A DNA stretch of 64,000 nucleotides, from positions 672,001-736,000 of the forward strand of contig CAWBCJ010000029.1 of assembly GCA_963787255.1 (NCBI GenBank), in the 5' to 3' direction. The notes under the pieces were generated by a model. It saw only the letters and a list, made by a program, of their open reading frames with translations. It was not told where the DNA came from and ran no database searches. A program made the translations under genes and the position numbers. The stretch comes from Methanobacteriota archaeon (lineage in GTDB: Archaea; Methanobacteriota; Methanobacteria; Methanobacteriales; Methanobacteriaceae). Below, piece after piece: positions 1 to 11,927 of the stretch. Position 1 is the stretch's first letter. Each line of letters opens with the position of its first letter.

Positions 1-531
1 ATGGCCCGCAGTTTCATCACTCATAACCATAACTGGAACTCTATATTTTTCTGCTAAATTGAAGGCTTCCACAGTAAAATCAAAGCACTCCTGTACTGAT
101 GCTGGTGCTAAAGCTATTATTTCATAATCACCATGTGATCCCCACCGTGCTTGCATCATATCACTTTGAGAGGTCATTGTGGGCTGTGCAGTTGAAGGAG
201 AACCTCTCTGTACATCTACAATAACAAGAGGTGTTTCTGTCATGGCAGCATAACCAATATGTTCCTGCATCAAAGAAAAACCAGGTCCAGAGGTCGCTGT
301 CATACATTTCATTCCTCCCCAAACGGCACCTATAACTGCACCAAGTGCTGAAATCTCATCTTCCATTTGTATGAATGATCCACCTTCTTTGGGTAGAAAT
401 ATGGCCATATCTTCTGCAATTTCAGTAGAAGGTGTAATAGGATAACCAGCAAAAAATCTGCAGCCTGCTTTAATGGCTCCTCTTGCACAGGCTTCGTTTC
501 CTTGTATAAAATAATGAGTGATTTTTTCCAT
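1..531 (-). CDS. korA: 2-oxoglutarate/2-oxoacid:ferredoxin oxidoreductase alpha subunit, runs off window start
   Basis: Manual translation from ATG at 531 (RBS GGAG): MEKITHYFIQGNEACARGAIKAGCRFFAGYPITPSTEIAE...QMEDEI...TATSGPGFSLMQE; not in the ORF track because it is truncated by the window edge. Confidence 0.9.
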   Translation of the reverse strand, partial: MEKITHYFIQGNEACARGAIKAGCRFFAGYPITPSTEIAEDMAIFLPKEGGSFIQMEDEISALGAVIGAVWGGMKCMTATSGPGFSLMQEHIGYAAMTETPLVIVDVQRGSPSTAQPTMTSQSDMMQARWGSHGDYEIIALAPASVQECFDFTVEAFNLAEKYRVPVMVMSDETAGH

Positions 532-546
532 TTTAATTCTCCTGAA

Positions 547-762
547 TTATTTTTCTTCTGCTTCAGCTTCATCTACTTTTATAGCCTGATCTGGACACAT
601 AAGAGCGCAAAGATTGCATTTAGTACACTTTTCTTCGTTTTTAGGTACTGGAAGATGTACTCCTTTTTTATCCAGTTCTTTTGACTGTTCGTAAACCTTG
701 CGGGGGCAAAATTCTGTGCAAATGTTGCACCCTTTACATAAATTTTCGTCCACTTTTATCAT
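547..762 (-). CDS. korD: 2x[4Fe-4S] ferredoxin, delta subunit of 2-oxoacid oxidoreductase
   Basis: CKGCNICTEFCP and CTKCNLCALMCP motifs; directly upstream of korA. Confidence 0.85.
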   Translation of the reverse strand: MIKVDENLCKGCNICTEFCPRKVYEQSKELDKKGVHLPVPKNEEKCTKCNLCALMCPDQAIKVDEAEAEEK

Positions 763-1018
763 GGTATCCCTTAATAAAATTTAATTTAAAAGAGCAATTC
801 TATTGAATGAATATATCGTTGATTATATAAATACGCTATTTCTTTGATCACTGTTGTTATAAAAAAAAATCACGTTTTTAATAAGATTTTAAACTATCTC
901 TTGCCCTATGACTTTATTTACATCATCTACACATCTAGTAGCGAATTTCAAATCTTCATACATTGTAAACTATTTAAATTCACCATTAAAATGAAAATTT
1001 CATTAAAAGACATTTATC

Positions 1019-1391
1019 TTATTCATCTGCTTCTTTAACATACATTAAAGGATATTTAAGCTCTTCTATATATTCCATCATTAAAACTGCCTTTTTATCC
1101 TCATATTTTGAAATAACTTTTATATTCATCATTTCCCCACTTAAAGATACATAATCAAACTCACTTTTAGATTCTTCAAGTATTTTTCTATTTATTTTTA
1201 CTTCAACTTCATCAATACAAGGCTGAAGCTCCATGGCAGTTTTTATAGATTTTTCCAAGTTAGGATGCACTTTCTAAATTTACAGGAGTCCCAACAAACT
1301 GATGAAATAGGGCACCCATAGTAATTGCACCTTCAAATATTGCTCTTTCCCTATTTGAAATGTTTTTAAAGTATTTTTCGTCAATATCCAT
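1019..1391 (-). CDS. mptD: Archaeal dihydroneopterin aldolase (DUF381/MptD family), one apparent frameshift near 1262
   Basis: N-terminus MDIDEKYFKNISNRERAIFEGAITMGALFHQFVGTPV from ATG 1391 continues in another frame as LEKSIKTAMELQPCI...LKYPLMYV. Confidence 0.75.
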
Positions 1392-1511
1392 TAAATCACC
1401 GGATAATCTTTCAACCTCTAAAATTAATTATTTTTTAATTATTAATTAATATAGGTTAATTTTTTACATCTTAGTTGAACCGATTTTAAATATTTAGAAA
1501 GTTTCTACAGT

Positions 1512-2249
1512 TTAAAATTCAAACCAACTCTTAATATTGGATATTTCGGATGTTATGTTATTTGGAGGTATTGGAAAGACATATGCATAGATTAGAAACA
1601 GAGTAAGCGCAACAATGGCTAATTAATAAAATTATTTTATCATCATTAACCGGATAGAAGATAGGTTAATATTAATCCAAATCCTAAAAAGAGGCTTATA
1701 TACAAGATGGAATATGGAATTTGAGTATTCGAATCTGGGTTAGTATCGCCCACATAGCTAAATGGATGTACCTCTGTTTGATTGGCCTGAATAATTAGTC
1801 TTCCTTGGTTGATCCCAAAGGGTAACAGGTAATTAAAAATAGAGGTTTTTCCTTGTTCTACAGATAACTATAAGATGCTGGAACAATGTATGACTTAACT
1901 ACATTATACTCAACATTTCCTATGCCTGGCCACGATAAAGTTATATTATCTCCTTTCTTAAGCTTGTCAAGATTTAGAAAAGGAGAACCGTAAAATGTTC
2001 TATGGCCAAATAAAATAACCGTTCCTAATCCTGGTATAGGATGATTCTAGGCTCGTGATATATGCCGTAATCAATGGATTTGTTATTTATGCTTTGATCA
2101 ATCCCAATTGATGGAATTTTTAAGTAAGGAACAGTGGTTTGATTTTCATCAACATTAGTTTCTGCAGCTGCATAATAACTTACTTCAACTAAAAAATAGA
2201 GGGATATTATCAACATCCCTGCTATAATAAAAACTGTAGATAATTTCAT
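1512..2249 (-). CDS. Archaeal sortase (class D/E-like) with N-terminal TM and two C-terminal TM segments; several apparent frameshifts
   Basis: YLKIPSIGID..., then in shifted frames GTVILFGHRTFYGSPFLNLDKLKKGDNITL (catalytic His about 2003), LITCYPLGSTKERLIIQA (catalytic Cys about 1826 and Arg). Confidence 0.8.
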
Positions 2250-2295
2250 GTGTACTATCGTTTTGTCGTTGATTTTATTTGTAATTATCTGTTGC

Positions 2296-3225
2296 TTATC
2301 TCATGAATCTGGCGTAAACTAAACCACCTGCAGCTAATACGCCTCCAATTACAAATAGACCGTATGGAAGTCCTGTTTCTTTGGTTGGTACTGATGGAGT
2401 TGAGGCTGCGCTTGTTTTTGGAATAGATGAAGATGCTTTTCCAGTTCCGGATGATGAAGATGAAGTAGAAGGCCATTGATAGATATAAGTTATTCCCTGT
2501 GATCCGCCTGCAGCTAAATTAAGATCCCATGCAGCGACTTTTCCATTCAGTACAAAGTCTTTGTCTAAAAACGTTACTTTTGGATTACTGTATATCAGTT
2601 TTGAATCAACAGGTACAATTGGGGCTCTTATTATCCCTGAAACAGCATGTGCATCTCTATTTACAACTAATAAACAGAATTTACCTCTCCAGTATTGAAG
2701 ATCTAAATCTGGATTAAGCATTTCTATTTCATTTGGTTGGAACCAAGATGAGCCTAGTCCTGGATCTGGAATTAGGGGCCAGTAAATGTTTGGTTGGGAA
2801 GCCTGATTTAATATAGCAAAAATCAACGGTTGGTCAGTTGAATTTCCAATGGCTCTAAGTTTGAAACTTACAGTTTTTGTTTCACCTGGTTGTATCTTCC
2901 AACCATAATCTCCACCAAGTTCTGGAGAAACAGCATCTATCATTTTAAGTGCTTGAGGGTCTGTCCAGTCAATTACCCAATTAATTGTACCGTTTAAATT
3001 AGCAGTGTATTTTTGACTTATTTTAAAATACTGAACGTGATCTTTGTTATTTTTTATTTTAACAGTTATTACTGAAGCTAGATCAGTCATATATACACTT
3101 ACGTTACTTGGAGTTATCCATGTTTCTGCACCATATGCCACATTATTATTTGATATAATCCCACATGTTACACCTAAAACTGCCAATAAAACTATCAGTC
3201 CCACACTTATCCTATTTAGATCCAT
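2296..3225 (-). CDS. Secreted surface protein with C-terminal sortase-type sorting signal
   Basis: N-terminal signal peptide; Ser/Thr-rich linker; VPTKETG-LP followed by a hydrophobic helix and basic tail (ARFMR); adjacent to the sortase. Confidence 0.75.
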   Translation of the reverse strand: MDLNRISVGLIVLLAVLGVTCGIISNNNVAYGAETWITPSNVSVYMTDLASVITVKIKNNKDHVQYFKISQKYTANLNGTINWVIDWTDPQALKMIDAVSPELGGDYGWKIQPGETKTVSFKLRAIGNSTDQPLIFAILNQASQPNIYWPLIPDPGLGSSWFQPNEIEMLNPDLDLQYWRGKFCLLVVNRDAHAVSGIIRAPIVPVDSKLIYSNPKVTFLDKDFVLNGKVAAWDLNLAAGGSQGITYIYQWPSTSSSSSGTGKASSSIPKTSAASTPSVPTKETGLPYGLFVIGGVLAAGGLVYARFMR

Positions 3226-3299
3226 TATATCCCCTTTTTTTATTTAATCCTGATTTTATAAGATTCCTAATTTTAAGTGGTTATTTATTTTTATTCTTT

Positions 3300-4601
3300 T
3301 TAACCGTATATTGCTGTAAGCTCTTTTATCATCCATTGTGGGGCTTGCTGAGTTGGGACTGTCAATATGACATTGTTCATATTCTGTATAAGGAATATTG
3401 CATTTTCCCTTGGAACTTCTAGCAATATCAAGTACTGTGCATCAAGCTCTCCTAGATTTGAAGCTCTTTCAAAGTCTGATAATCTCCATCCATAAGCATT
3501 TAATGTTGAACTTACCTCGCTTTCATCCCAATTTCTAGAAGCAGCCGCCCTTAAAAGCTGTTCAACGTCATTTGACGCTGATTCACTACGTGCACTAGAT
3601 TGAATTAACGTGTTAATGGCAATGTCTTGAGCATGTGATTTATTAGCTGTAACCACGCCGCTGTCTCTTGCTCTTAAGATTGCAAGAACAGTGGCACCGC
3701 TTATGTTAGGGGTGTTGTTTGAAACGGTTTGATTTGATGTAGTATTCATTAAATAAACATCAACTGAGTTTCCAACATTAATAAGACCTCCTGCTGCCTG
3801 TAATCTTGAAATAATCATTGGAATAGCTATGGTGTCTGGAGTTTTTATTAGCATGTTAGATAAAACGCTTGCATCTGCTTCATTTACTAATTTCTGTGCA
3901 TCTACAACTTTCATTATTATATTCTTTTGACTACTTGCAGAATAAACTATCATAACTCTGCCATAGGGATCTTTTTGAGTTTCAATCTGTTGATTTTGAT
4001 ATTCTCTCCAGGCCTGTGTTGCAGGGCCAAGTACATCAACAGCAAGTGCCTGTTCTGGAGTTTCTGCGCTATCTATCTGAAGTCTAAGGTCTATTCCTCT
4101 AGGATCTGTTGCTAAAGCTCCTGTGAAGTATGTATTTACTTCATTAATCTTTGTTTGTTTTGCGCTTCCTAGTGCATCTTGATAAGGTGCATAAACTAAA
4201 AAATAATAACCGGCTCCAACAAGTACGATAAGAATAATTGCAAAAACTGCCGCACCTACAATTGTTCTTTGATCATCGTCAGGGATTCTTTTTCCAAAAC
4301 CACCCATACCTCCTTTTTCGGGTTTTTTGCGGTCTGACCTCTTTTGTGGAGGTTTAAGCCTTGGTTTTTCGCCAGGTTTGGCCATAGGCTTTGGTATTGG
4401 CCGTGGTATCTTTCTTTCGGGAGGGGCTTTCTTTTCATCTTTTTTTTCAGTATCCTTTTTGCCAGATACTTTGCTAACCATGCCCTTAAGACGCCCTCCT
4501 ATATCGGAATTACTCTTCTTTTTGTTATTTCCACGAAGATCAGGAGTATCTTTATCTTCGTCGCTTTTTTTTCCTCTTATTTTATCTAACATGTGGACCA
4601 C
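3300..4601 (-). CDS. DUF515-family single-pass membrane protein with CpaB/RcpC-like C-terminal region
   Basis: Lys/Pro-rich cytoplasmic N-terminus, one TM (IVGAAVFAIILIVLVGAGYYFLV), motif ISRLQAAGGLINVGNSVDVY. Confidence 0.7.
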   Translation of the reverse strand: MVHMLDKIRGKKSDEDKDTPDLRGNNKKKSNSDIGGRLKGMVSKVSGKKDTEKKDEKKAPPERKIPRPIPKPMAKPGEKPRLKPPQKRSDRKKPEKGGMGGFGKRIPDDDQRTIVGAAVFAIILIVLVGAGYYFLVYAPYQDALGSAKQTKINEVNTYFTGALATDPRGIDLRLQIDSAETPEQALAVDVLGPATQAWREYQNQQIETQKDPYGRVMIVYSASSQKNIIMKVVDAQKLVNEADASVLSNMLIKTPDTIAIPMIISRLQAAGGLINVGNSVDVYLMNTTSNQTVSNNTPNISGATVLAILRARDSGVVTANKSHAQDIAINTLIQSSARSESASNDVEQLLRAAASRNWDESEVSSTLNAYGWRLSDFERASNLGELDAQYLILLEVPRENAIFLIQNMNNVILTVPTQQAPQWMIKELTAIYG

Positions 4602-5292
4602 TTCTTAGGAATCTGGTGTATAAATCTATAATTGGTACTGCTAATAAGTATAGTAGCATAACGATGAATAAAAGCTTTGTGGGAAAATATGCGATAATTG
4701 ATGAAATGCTTTGGGGTAAAAGTGCTGCAATAATTAATATGCTCCCTGCAACTAATGTTTTAACACCTTTGAATTTTGGATATTTTACTGTGCTAATCAT
4801 TAACAGTGAAACCAGGATCATGATAATAAGTGCTAAATCACTGTTGAAAAATCCTGAAAGGTAAAAAGATCCCAATATCAGTGCGGTTGAGGGGATTGGT
4901 AAACCAATAAAATGTTTATCTGAGGGATCCGTGATTACATTGAACCTGGAAAGTCTCAGTATACCGCAAATAACTATCAGGAGTGCTACAATGATACTAA
5001 AGTAGGGTATTCCAAAGTTTATACTAGTTGAGTATAAAAGCATCGCTGGTGCTACTCCAAATGAGATAATATCTGATAAAGAATCAATATTTTTTCCAAA
5101 TCCGCATTCATCTTCTCTGTTTAATTTTCTAGCAACCCAGCCGTCCATTGCGTCGAAAATAACTGCTAGTAACATAAATTTGGCAGCAAGCATAAAATTG
5201 CCCATTGATATCATTACTATAGATAGAAATCCTGAAGATGCGTTAGCAATTGAAACTAAATCTGCAATAGATGTATAAGATCTGATATTCAT
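4582..5292 (-). CDS. pssA: Archaetidylserine synthase (CDP-alcohol phosphatidyltransferase)
   Basis: DAMDGWVAR...FGKNIDSLSDIISFG CDP-alcohol phosphotransferase motif; RLSRFN; next to psd. Confidence 0.9.
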   Translation of the reverse strand: MNIRSYTSIADLVSIANASSGFLSIVMISMGNFMLAAKFMLLAVIFDAMDGWVARKLNREDECGFGKNIDSLSDIISFGVAPAMLLYSTSINFGIPYFSIIVALLIVICGILRLSRFNVITDPSDKHFIGLPIPSTALILGSFYLSGFFNSDLALIIMILVSLLMISTVKYPKFKGVKTLVAGSILIIAALLPQSISSIIAYFPTKLLFIVMLLYLLAVPIIDLYTRFLRSGPHVR

Positions 5293-5546
5293 GTTAACCC
5301 ACGATCAATCATTGACAATTGGTATAAATATACTTATGTAGGATTGTCCAGAATTAAAAAGCCAAATTGATGGCTTAGAGAATATTATTAATATTTTAAG
5401 CCAAATTTTTATTATTAAATTGTTGGTTTTGCATGGGCATTATATAAATCAACTTTTCAAAAGAAAGCAAAAAGTAGCAACGAAAATCATTAAAAAAATA
5501 CCGTAATTTAGTTTTTTGTTACTTGAAATCATTTATTTCTTAAAAA

Positions 5547-6221
5547 TTAGTCATCTATCATTTTTGCAATTATAGTTTCCGCTGCTTTAGGTTTGTCCCC
5601 TTCTTCAACCATTAATTTGCAATTTTTGTATGGTAATATTAAATCGACCCTGGAGCCAAATCTAATCATCCCTAAACGTTCCCCAATCTCAACTTCATCT
5701 CCTACATTAACATATTGCACAATACGTCTTGCTACAAACCCTGCAATCTGAATAACGCCAAATTTTCCGAATTTAGAATCTATTACCACTAAATTTTTTT
5801 CATTTTCCTTTTCAATATCTCCTTTTGCAATTTTAAATTTTCCAGGACAGTATATGGCATCTACTATTTTCCCTGAAATCGGAATTCTATTTACATGAAC
5901 ATCGAAGGGAGACATGAAAGTGCTTACTCGAATTCCTTTTTCTCCTTTATCTAAAACATGTTCCATTAGATGATGGTCGTATTCTACAATCTCTATTTTA
6001 TCTATTTGTCCTTTTAATATTCTGCCATCTGCAGGAGCTACAATAACTCCCTCCCCTTCAGGTACATTTCTTTTGGGATCTCTAAAAAATTGCATTAGAA
6101 ATGCAATAATTGAAAAAATTATGAAACTCAATAAGAAATATCCAAACAGAAGTGGTAAAATTGCTAAAGTTAAGAGCACTCCTACCTTTTTTAAAGTTCC
6201 TTTAACGAACATTTGTATCAC
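5547..6221 (-). CDS. psd: Archaetidylserine/phosphatidylserine decarboxylase proenzyme
   Basis: FFRDPKR, APADG, FMSPFDVHVNR and the RFGSRVD self-cleavage motif. Confidence 0.9.
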   Translation of the reverse strand: MIQMFVKGTLKKVGVLLTLAILPLLFGYFLLSFIIFSIIAFLMQFFRDPKRNVPEGEGVIVAPADGRILKGQIDKIEIVEYDHHLMEHVLDKGEKGIRVSTFMSPFDVHVNRIPISGKIVDAIYCPGKFKIAKGDIEKENEKNLVVIDSKFGKFGVIQIAGFVARRIVQYVNVGDEVEIGERLGMIRFGSRVDLILPYKNCKLMVEEGDKPKAAETIIAKMIDD

Positions 6222-6645
6222 AAGTTTGTAAATTTGAATAATAATGAATTTTACTAAATATTTTTGTTTATTTATCTTTAATAGGTTTTTTTCACTTTTA
6301 TTATATGTTATATATAATATGAATAGTTTTTTAAATCCATTAACTGTTTAATACAATTACTACAACAAAAACAAAAACCTTTAAATATCTTTTTGTTAAA
6401 ATAATATTATTTAATTATCCTTTTTGCATCTTTTTAATCTATTAATATGCATTTAAGTTACTATTTTATCATTTTATAAAAGTTTATATAAGCATTCATC
6501 TTATAATTTGTCATATATTATAATATAAAAGATTTATAAATTTATACTGTATATTACATATAATGGATTCAAATATATCCCCAGTATCTAAAATATTATT
6601 ATTAAACTAAAATAACGGATCTTTACCATGAAGACGTGGTAGTTT

Positions 6646-7275
6646 ATGATTGAAAATAAAATTAAAACATTAAGACAGGCTGCAAAGGTATCCACTGTGC
6701 AGGATTCAGATAAAATATGGTGTGTTATAGCAGGTAATGAAGAAATGGTTAATAATATTGCCTATGAAGCCATAGTAAACAAAGAAAGAGTTAAAGTACT
6801 GTTTAGAGAGCATATTACCTCGAGAGAATCTTTCGTTACCAAAAAATTTGATTTTATCATGTTATATGGTGAAACCAGTAAAATTAGGGATCTGAGCTCT
6901 ATATCTAAAGAAAACGGTGGAGCATACCTTAAGATAGCCCCATATTACGTTAAGGAAGAATCTAATCTAATGCTGGTTGTAGGGCCTGAAGACAGCATTA
7001 AGAAGTTTCTAGGCGATATTGAAAAAAGCACAGTTAAGGCTTCTTTCCTTTTAGAAGATAAAACAACCGGTTTTATAGAATCTGATGTTTATATAACTCG
7101 ATGGATGCCTAATTTCGTTCGAAATGTGGCGGATCCATTATTTAAAATGGCGGATGTCGCATTATCAACAGTTCTAATATCAACTGAGGAAGAACACATC
7201 GAGAAAATCAAAGAAACAGCTAAGAATAATAAAATATTTGCTATAAGATTTAAAGATATTTTGAAGGAGGAATAA
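6646..7275 (+). CDS. Hypothetical protein, first gene of the mreB operon
   Basis: 209-aa ORF with RBS-like GTGG; stop 1 nt before the mreB start. Confidence 0.7.
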   Translation: MIENKIKTLRQAAKVSTVQDSDKIWCVIAGNEEMVNNIAYEAIVNKERVKVLFREHITSRESFVTKKFDFIMLYGETSKIRDLSSISKENGGAYLKIAPYYVKEESNLMLVVGPEDSIKKFLGDIEKSTVKASFLLEDKTTGFIESDVYITRWMPNFVRNVADPLFKMADVALSTVLISTEEEHIEKIKETAKNNKIFAIRFKDILKEE

Positions 7276-7276
7276 A

Positions 7277-8350
7277 ATGAATCTTTTTGGAAAAAAGAAG
7301 GAAGAAGAAGAAATAAAGAAGGAAGGAATGGATAATACATTGGGAATTGATTTAGGTACACTTAACACTGTCGTTGCAAAACCATCAGGAGATAAATTTG
7401 ATCTTTATAAAATACCATCAGTAGTTGCCGTTAAAAAAGAAGATCCTTCATACGTGCTTGCAGTAGGTAACGATGCTAAATCTATGCTTGGAAGAACTCC
7501 GGAAGATATTGTAGCTGTAAGGCCTCTTAGAAAAGGAGTTATAGAAAGCGTGGCTCAAGCAGAAGCTCTATTAATCTACGCAATGGATAAAGGTGCAGGA
7601 GAGTCCATGGAACATATCGATAGGATTGTTATAGGTATTCCTGGAGACGCATCAGAAGTTGAAAAAAACGCTGTTGAGGAAATTGGTAGAAAAGCAGGGG
7701 CTAGTTATGTTTTAGTTATAAGTGAAGGGCTTGCAGCAGCCATAGGTGCAGGATTACCAATTGCAGAAGCATCAGGTACTATGGTTATTGACATAGGTGC
7801 AGGTTCAAGTGATATTGTTGTTATTTCACTTGGCGGAATTACAGATATCGAAACTGTAAGGCTTGGTGGAGATAACATTGATGATAATATCGTGGATAAA
7901 GTTAAAGAAATGTTCAAAGTTGAAATAGGAATTCACGAAGCTGAAAAAGCTAAAATGGAAGTAGGAATGGTGAATTCAGGTTCAGATCTTGAAATCGTAA
8001 AAACTACAGTAATTGGTAAGGATATGGAAACTAACAAGCCAAGAGAAGTGGAAATAGATTCAAAATTAGTTGCAGACGCTGCAGAACCTGTTGTTGCAAA
8101 ACTTATTGAAGCATTAGCACTAATTTTAGAAAGAATGTCTCCAGAACTTATATCTGGAGTTTACAGGGAGACAGTAGTTGTAGGTGGAACATCACAGCTT
8201 AGAGGATTAAAAGAAAGGATATTTGATGAAGTAGGCATCCCTGTTGAAATTTCAGATGATCCTATGACAGTTGTTGCTAAAGGAGCTGCCATTGTGGCTG
8301 CAGAGCCAAGGGCACTTGAACCAGAAGTACGTTTAAAAGCAATGAAATAA
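7277..8350 (+). CDS. mreB: Rod shape-determining actin homologue MreB
   Basis: LGIDLGTLNT, RPLRKGVI, AAAIGAGLPI, MVIDIGAGSSDI, VVGGTSQL. Confidence 0.9.
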   Translation: MNLFGKKKEEEEIKKEGMDNTLGIDLGTLNTVVAKPSGDKFDLYKIPSVVAVKKEDPSYVLAVGNDAKSMLGRTPEDIVAVRPLRKGVIESVAQAEALLIYAMDKGAGESMEHIDRIVIGIPGDASEVEKNAVEEIGRKAGASYVLVISEGLAAAIGAGLPIAEASGTMVIDIGAGSSDIVVISLGGITDIETVRLGGDNIDDNIVDKVKEMFKVEIGIHEAEKAKMEVGMVNSGSDLEIVKTTVIGKDMETNKPREVEIDSKLVADAAEPVVAKLIEALALILERMSPELISGVYRETVVVGGTSQLRGLKERIFDEVGIPVEISDDPMTVVAKGAAIVAAEPRALEPEVRLKAMK

Positions 8351-8402
8351 ATTTCCTTTTTTTATACCTTTTTTTATTTTAACGAAATTTTTTAAAGATA
8401 AC

Positions 8403-9014
8403 ATGAAAATAATAGGCATAGACGAGGCAGGAAGAGGACCAGTAATAGGCCCTCTTGTTGTTGGTGGGGTTGCAGTTGAAGAAGAAAAACTGGAAAAACT
8501 AGAAAAGCTCCAGTTAAAGGATTCTAAAAGGTTAACTCCTGGAAGAAGGAAAGTAATGGCAAGAAGAATAGATAAGATAGCAGAATGCCATACAGTCCAC
8601 ATACAGGCCATGGATATAGATAATTTAAGGGCTAAAAACATCAATTTAAATGAAATTGAAAAAATTGCCATTAAAAAAGTTATTGGAATGTCTAATCCCG
8701 ATGTAGCTTACATAGATTGTCTAGATGTCAAACCTCAAAGATTTTGCAACGAAATGGAACTTTTTAGAGATGGTCTTAAAGTTATAGCCGAGCATAAAGC
8801 TGAGGATAAATATCCTATTGTCGCGGCGGCTTCCATTGTTGCTAAAGTCGAACGAGACATGGAAATTGAAAAACTAAAAAAAGAATACAGAGATATAGGA
8901 TCTGGATATCCAAGCGATCCTAAAACAATTGCATTTTTAAAGAGATTTTCCTATGAAAATCTACCTGATTTTGTTAGAAAGTCATGGGCTACGGTAAAAA
9001 AGAATCAGAAGTAA
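8403..9014 (+). CDS. rnhB: Ribonuclease HII
   Basis: GIDEAGRGPVIGPLVV, KDSK, AAASIVAKVERD, GSGYPSDP. Confidence 0.95.
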   Translation: MKIIGIDEAGRGPVIGPLVVGGVAVEEEKLEKLEKLQLKDSKRLTPGRRKVMARRIDKIAECHTVHIQAMDIDNLRAKNINLNEIEKIAIKKVIGMSNPDVAYIDCLDVKPQRFCNEMELFRDGLKVIAEHKAEDKYPIVAAASIVAKVERDMEIEKLKKEYRDIGSGYPSDPKTIAFLKRFSYENLPDFVRKSWATVKKNQK

Positions 9015-9112
9015 TCAGTATCATTAAATAACGAAAAGAAATACTAAAAACTGAATATACAGTAATTAAACAGATATCATGTCATAAAAAAATCAGCGGG
9101 AACTTAGATACA

Positions 9113-9952
<840 letters not shown>

Positions 9953-9969
9953 TTTCAGGAAGTAATCCC

Positions 9970-10368
9970 ATGGCTATGGACGTAAACAAGTATAGAAACA
10001 AATTACGAAATAATAACCCACGTTTCAACATGGTTCCATTTATTGATATTATTTTTACGATTCTAATTTTTTTAATGGTTACAAGCAGCTTCGGCGCTGC
10101 AGATCAAACCCAATCTGTTTCTGGAAAACCACAAGTATCACAGCAAACTGGTGGACCGTCTGAATATTATTTAATCCCAGTTGCAGGTTTAAAAAAGGTA
10201 ACGGTTAATGGAATAGACATGTCAAGCTATATAAGGAATGGTGCAATTGCAGTTCATACAACTGTAATTGATGAGGGTGAAATAATAATAAGGCCTAAAA
10301 ATGGAGAAATTATTATAACTACTCCTACTAATTTTCCTCCAAATGAGGCAGTAAAGGCATCAATATGA
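9970..10368 (+). CDS. exbD: ExbD/TolR-family protein
   Basis: NMVPFIDIIFTILIFLMVT with the conserved TM Asp; follows exbB. Confidence 0.8.
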   Translation: MAMDVNKYRNKLRNNNPRFNMVPFIDIIFTILIFLMVTSSFGAADQTQSVSGKPQVSQQTGGPSEYYLIPVAGLKKVTVNGIDMSSYIRNGAIAVHTTVIDEGEIIIRPKNGEIIITTPTNFPPNEAVKASI

Positions 10369-10460
10369 TAATTTAAATAAATCTAAATCATAAATATGGT
10401 TATGGCTGAATAGATTTAACTATTATAATTATGTAATAGGTATTCAAAGGTGTAAAAAAA

Positions 10461-11063
10461 ATGTATCTTGGAAGAATATTAGCAGTGGGAAGTACAGAAA
10501 TGGGAAATTTCGTTGCATACAGAGTTTCAAGCAGGTCTTTTCCTAATAGAATGGTAAAAACGTTTGAAGAAAGGGCTGCGATTGTGCCCAAGGAAGGACA
10601 TGAGAAGGATGTTTTTAAAAATCCTTACATTGCCTATAACTGTATAAGAATTGTAGATGATATTGCAGTAGTATCAAACGGTGCTCATACAGATATAATT
10701 GCCGAAAAAATAGCTTCGGGCATGAATATCCGTGATTCAATTGCATTAACATTACTTACTATGGATTATGAGAAAGATGACTTCAACACTCCCCGAATTG
10801 CAGGAGCGACAACTTTAGGTGGAGATTCTTATATTGGAATAGTTACTCATGAAGATTTAATAGTTGAAAAAGTTAGAGCTGATGAAGCCTGTTATATTTC
10901 AACATACGAACATACCAAGCCAAATTATGTTGAATTTATATGCAGTGATGCAGAGGATGCCGCCAGATTCATATATGACGGTGGAAAATTTGAAGAATTT
11001 ACTAATCCTGTGGATTCAGTGGCTGCATTTGCAGATAAGAGATGGGAAATCAAATCTCTTTAA
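10461..11063 (+). CDS. purO: Archaeal IMP cyclohydrolase
   Basis: MYLGR...[40 protein letters not shown]. Confidence 0.92.
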   Translation: MYLGRILAVGSTEMGNFVAYRVSSRSFPNRMVKTFEERAAIVPKEGHEKDVFKNPYIAYNCIRIVDDIAVVSNGAHTDIIAEKIASGMNIRDSIALTLLTMDYEKDDFNTPRIAGATTLGGDSYIGIVTHEDLIVEKVRADEACYISTYEHTKPNYVEFICSDAEDAARFIYDGGKFEEFTNPVDSVAAFADKRWEIKSL

Positions 11064-11091
11064 TTTACTTCTTTTATTTTTAGGTGGATAA

Positions 11092-11853
11092 ATGGAAATA
11101 AGGGTCATTGGAATAGAAAATATCCCTCTTGTAGATGAAGGAGATGATATCGCTGCCTTGATATTAAACGCAATCTCAGACGAAAGTATCGAAGTTGAAA
11201 ACGACGATGTTATCGTTATAGCTGAAACAATAATATCCAAGGCAGAAGGAAATAAAATCATCCTTGAATCTATTGAACCCAGCTTAAAAGCATTAGAAAT
11301 AGCGGAAAAAACAGGAAAGGATCCTCAACTTGTAGAAGCAATTATCGAAAAATCAAATGAAATAATAAAAGTAGGGCCTGATTTTATAATTTCTGAAACA
11401 AAACATGGATTTGTATGCGCAAATGCGGGAATAGACGAATCAAATGTTGAAAAGGGCATTGCAACCCCAATTCCAGAGGATCCAGATAAAAGCGCTGAAA
11501 TTATAAGAAAAAAAATAGAAAAAACAGTTCAAAAAGAAATAGTTGTCATAATATCTGATACACAGGGAAGAGCATTTAGAGAAGGTGCTATTGGAACGGC
11601 TGTTGGAATATCGGGCATGGTTCCGTTGTGGGATAGGAAAGGAGAAAAAGATTTATACGATAGAGAACTTCAAACCACAAGCATTGCAGTTGCAGATGAA
11701 TTAGCATCAGCAGCATCTATTTTAATGGGGCAGGCTGATGAAGGGATACCTATTGTCATTATACGTGGAGTTAGCTACGTTCAAAGCTTAAGAAACAACA
11801 AAGGAACATCTAAAGATTTAATAAGACCTAAAAAATATGATGTTTTTAGATAA
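11092..11853 (+). CDS. cofE: Coenzyme F420-0:L-glutamate ligase
   Basis: [52 protein letters not shown]. Confidence 0.93.
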   Translation: MEIRVIGIENIPLVDEGDDIAALILNAISDESIEVENDDVIVIAETIISKAEGNKIILESIEPSLKALEIAEKTGKDPQLVEAIIEKSNEIIKVGPDFIISETKHGFVCANAGIDESNVEKGIATPIPEDPDKSAEIIRKKIEKTVQKEIVVIISDTQGRAFREGAIGTAVGISGMVPLWDRKGEKDLYDRELQTTSIAVADELASAASILMGQADEGIPIVIIRGVSYVQSLRNNKGTSKDLIRPKKYDVFR

Positions 11854-11927
11854 AATAACTTAACTTATATTATTTGCTTTAATTATTCACGGCTAGAAGT
11901 TTATTAAAAAATTTAAAAGAGGATTAA

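Noticed and set aside
847-860. ATCACTGTTGTTAT upstream of korD resembles the sulfur operator
   Set aside because: Single copy with a mismatch in the conserved half-site, in AT-rich DNA outside the cluster; cannot be distinguished from chance by eye
3300-4601. Complete type IV/Tad pilus locus suggested by the CpaB-like DUF515
   Set aside because: No prepilin with class III signal, assembly ATPase or TadBC platform gene in the window
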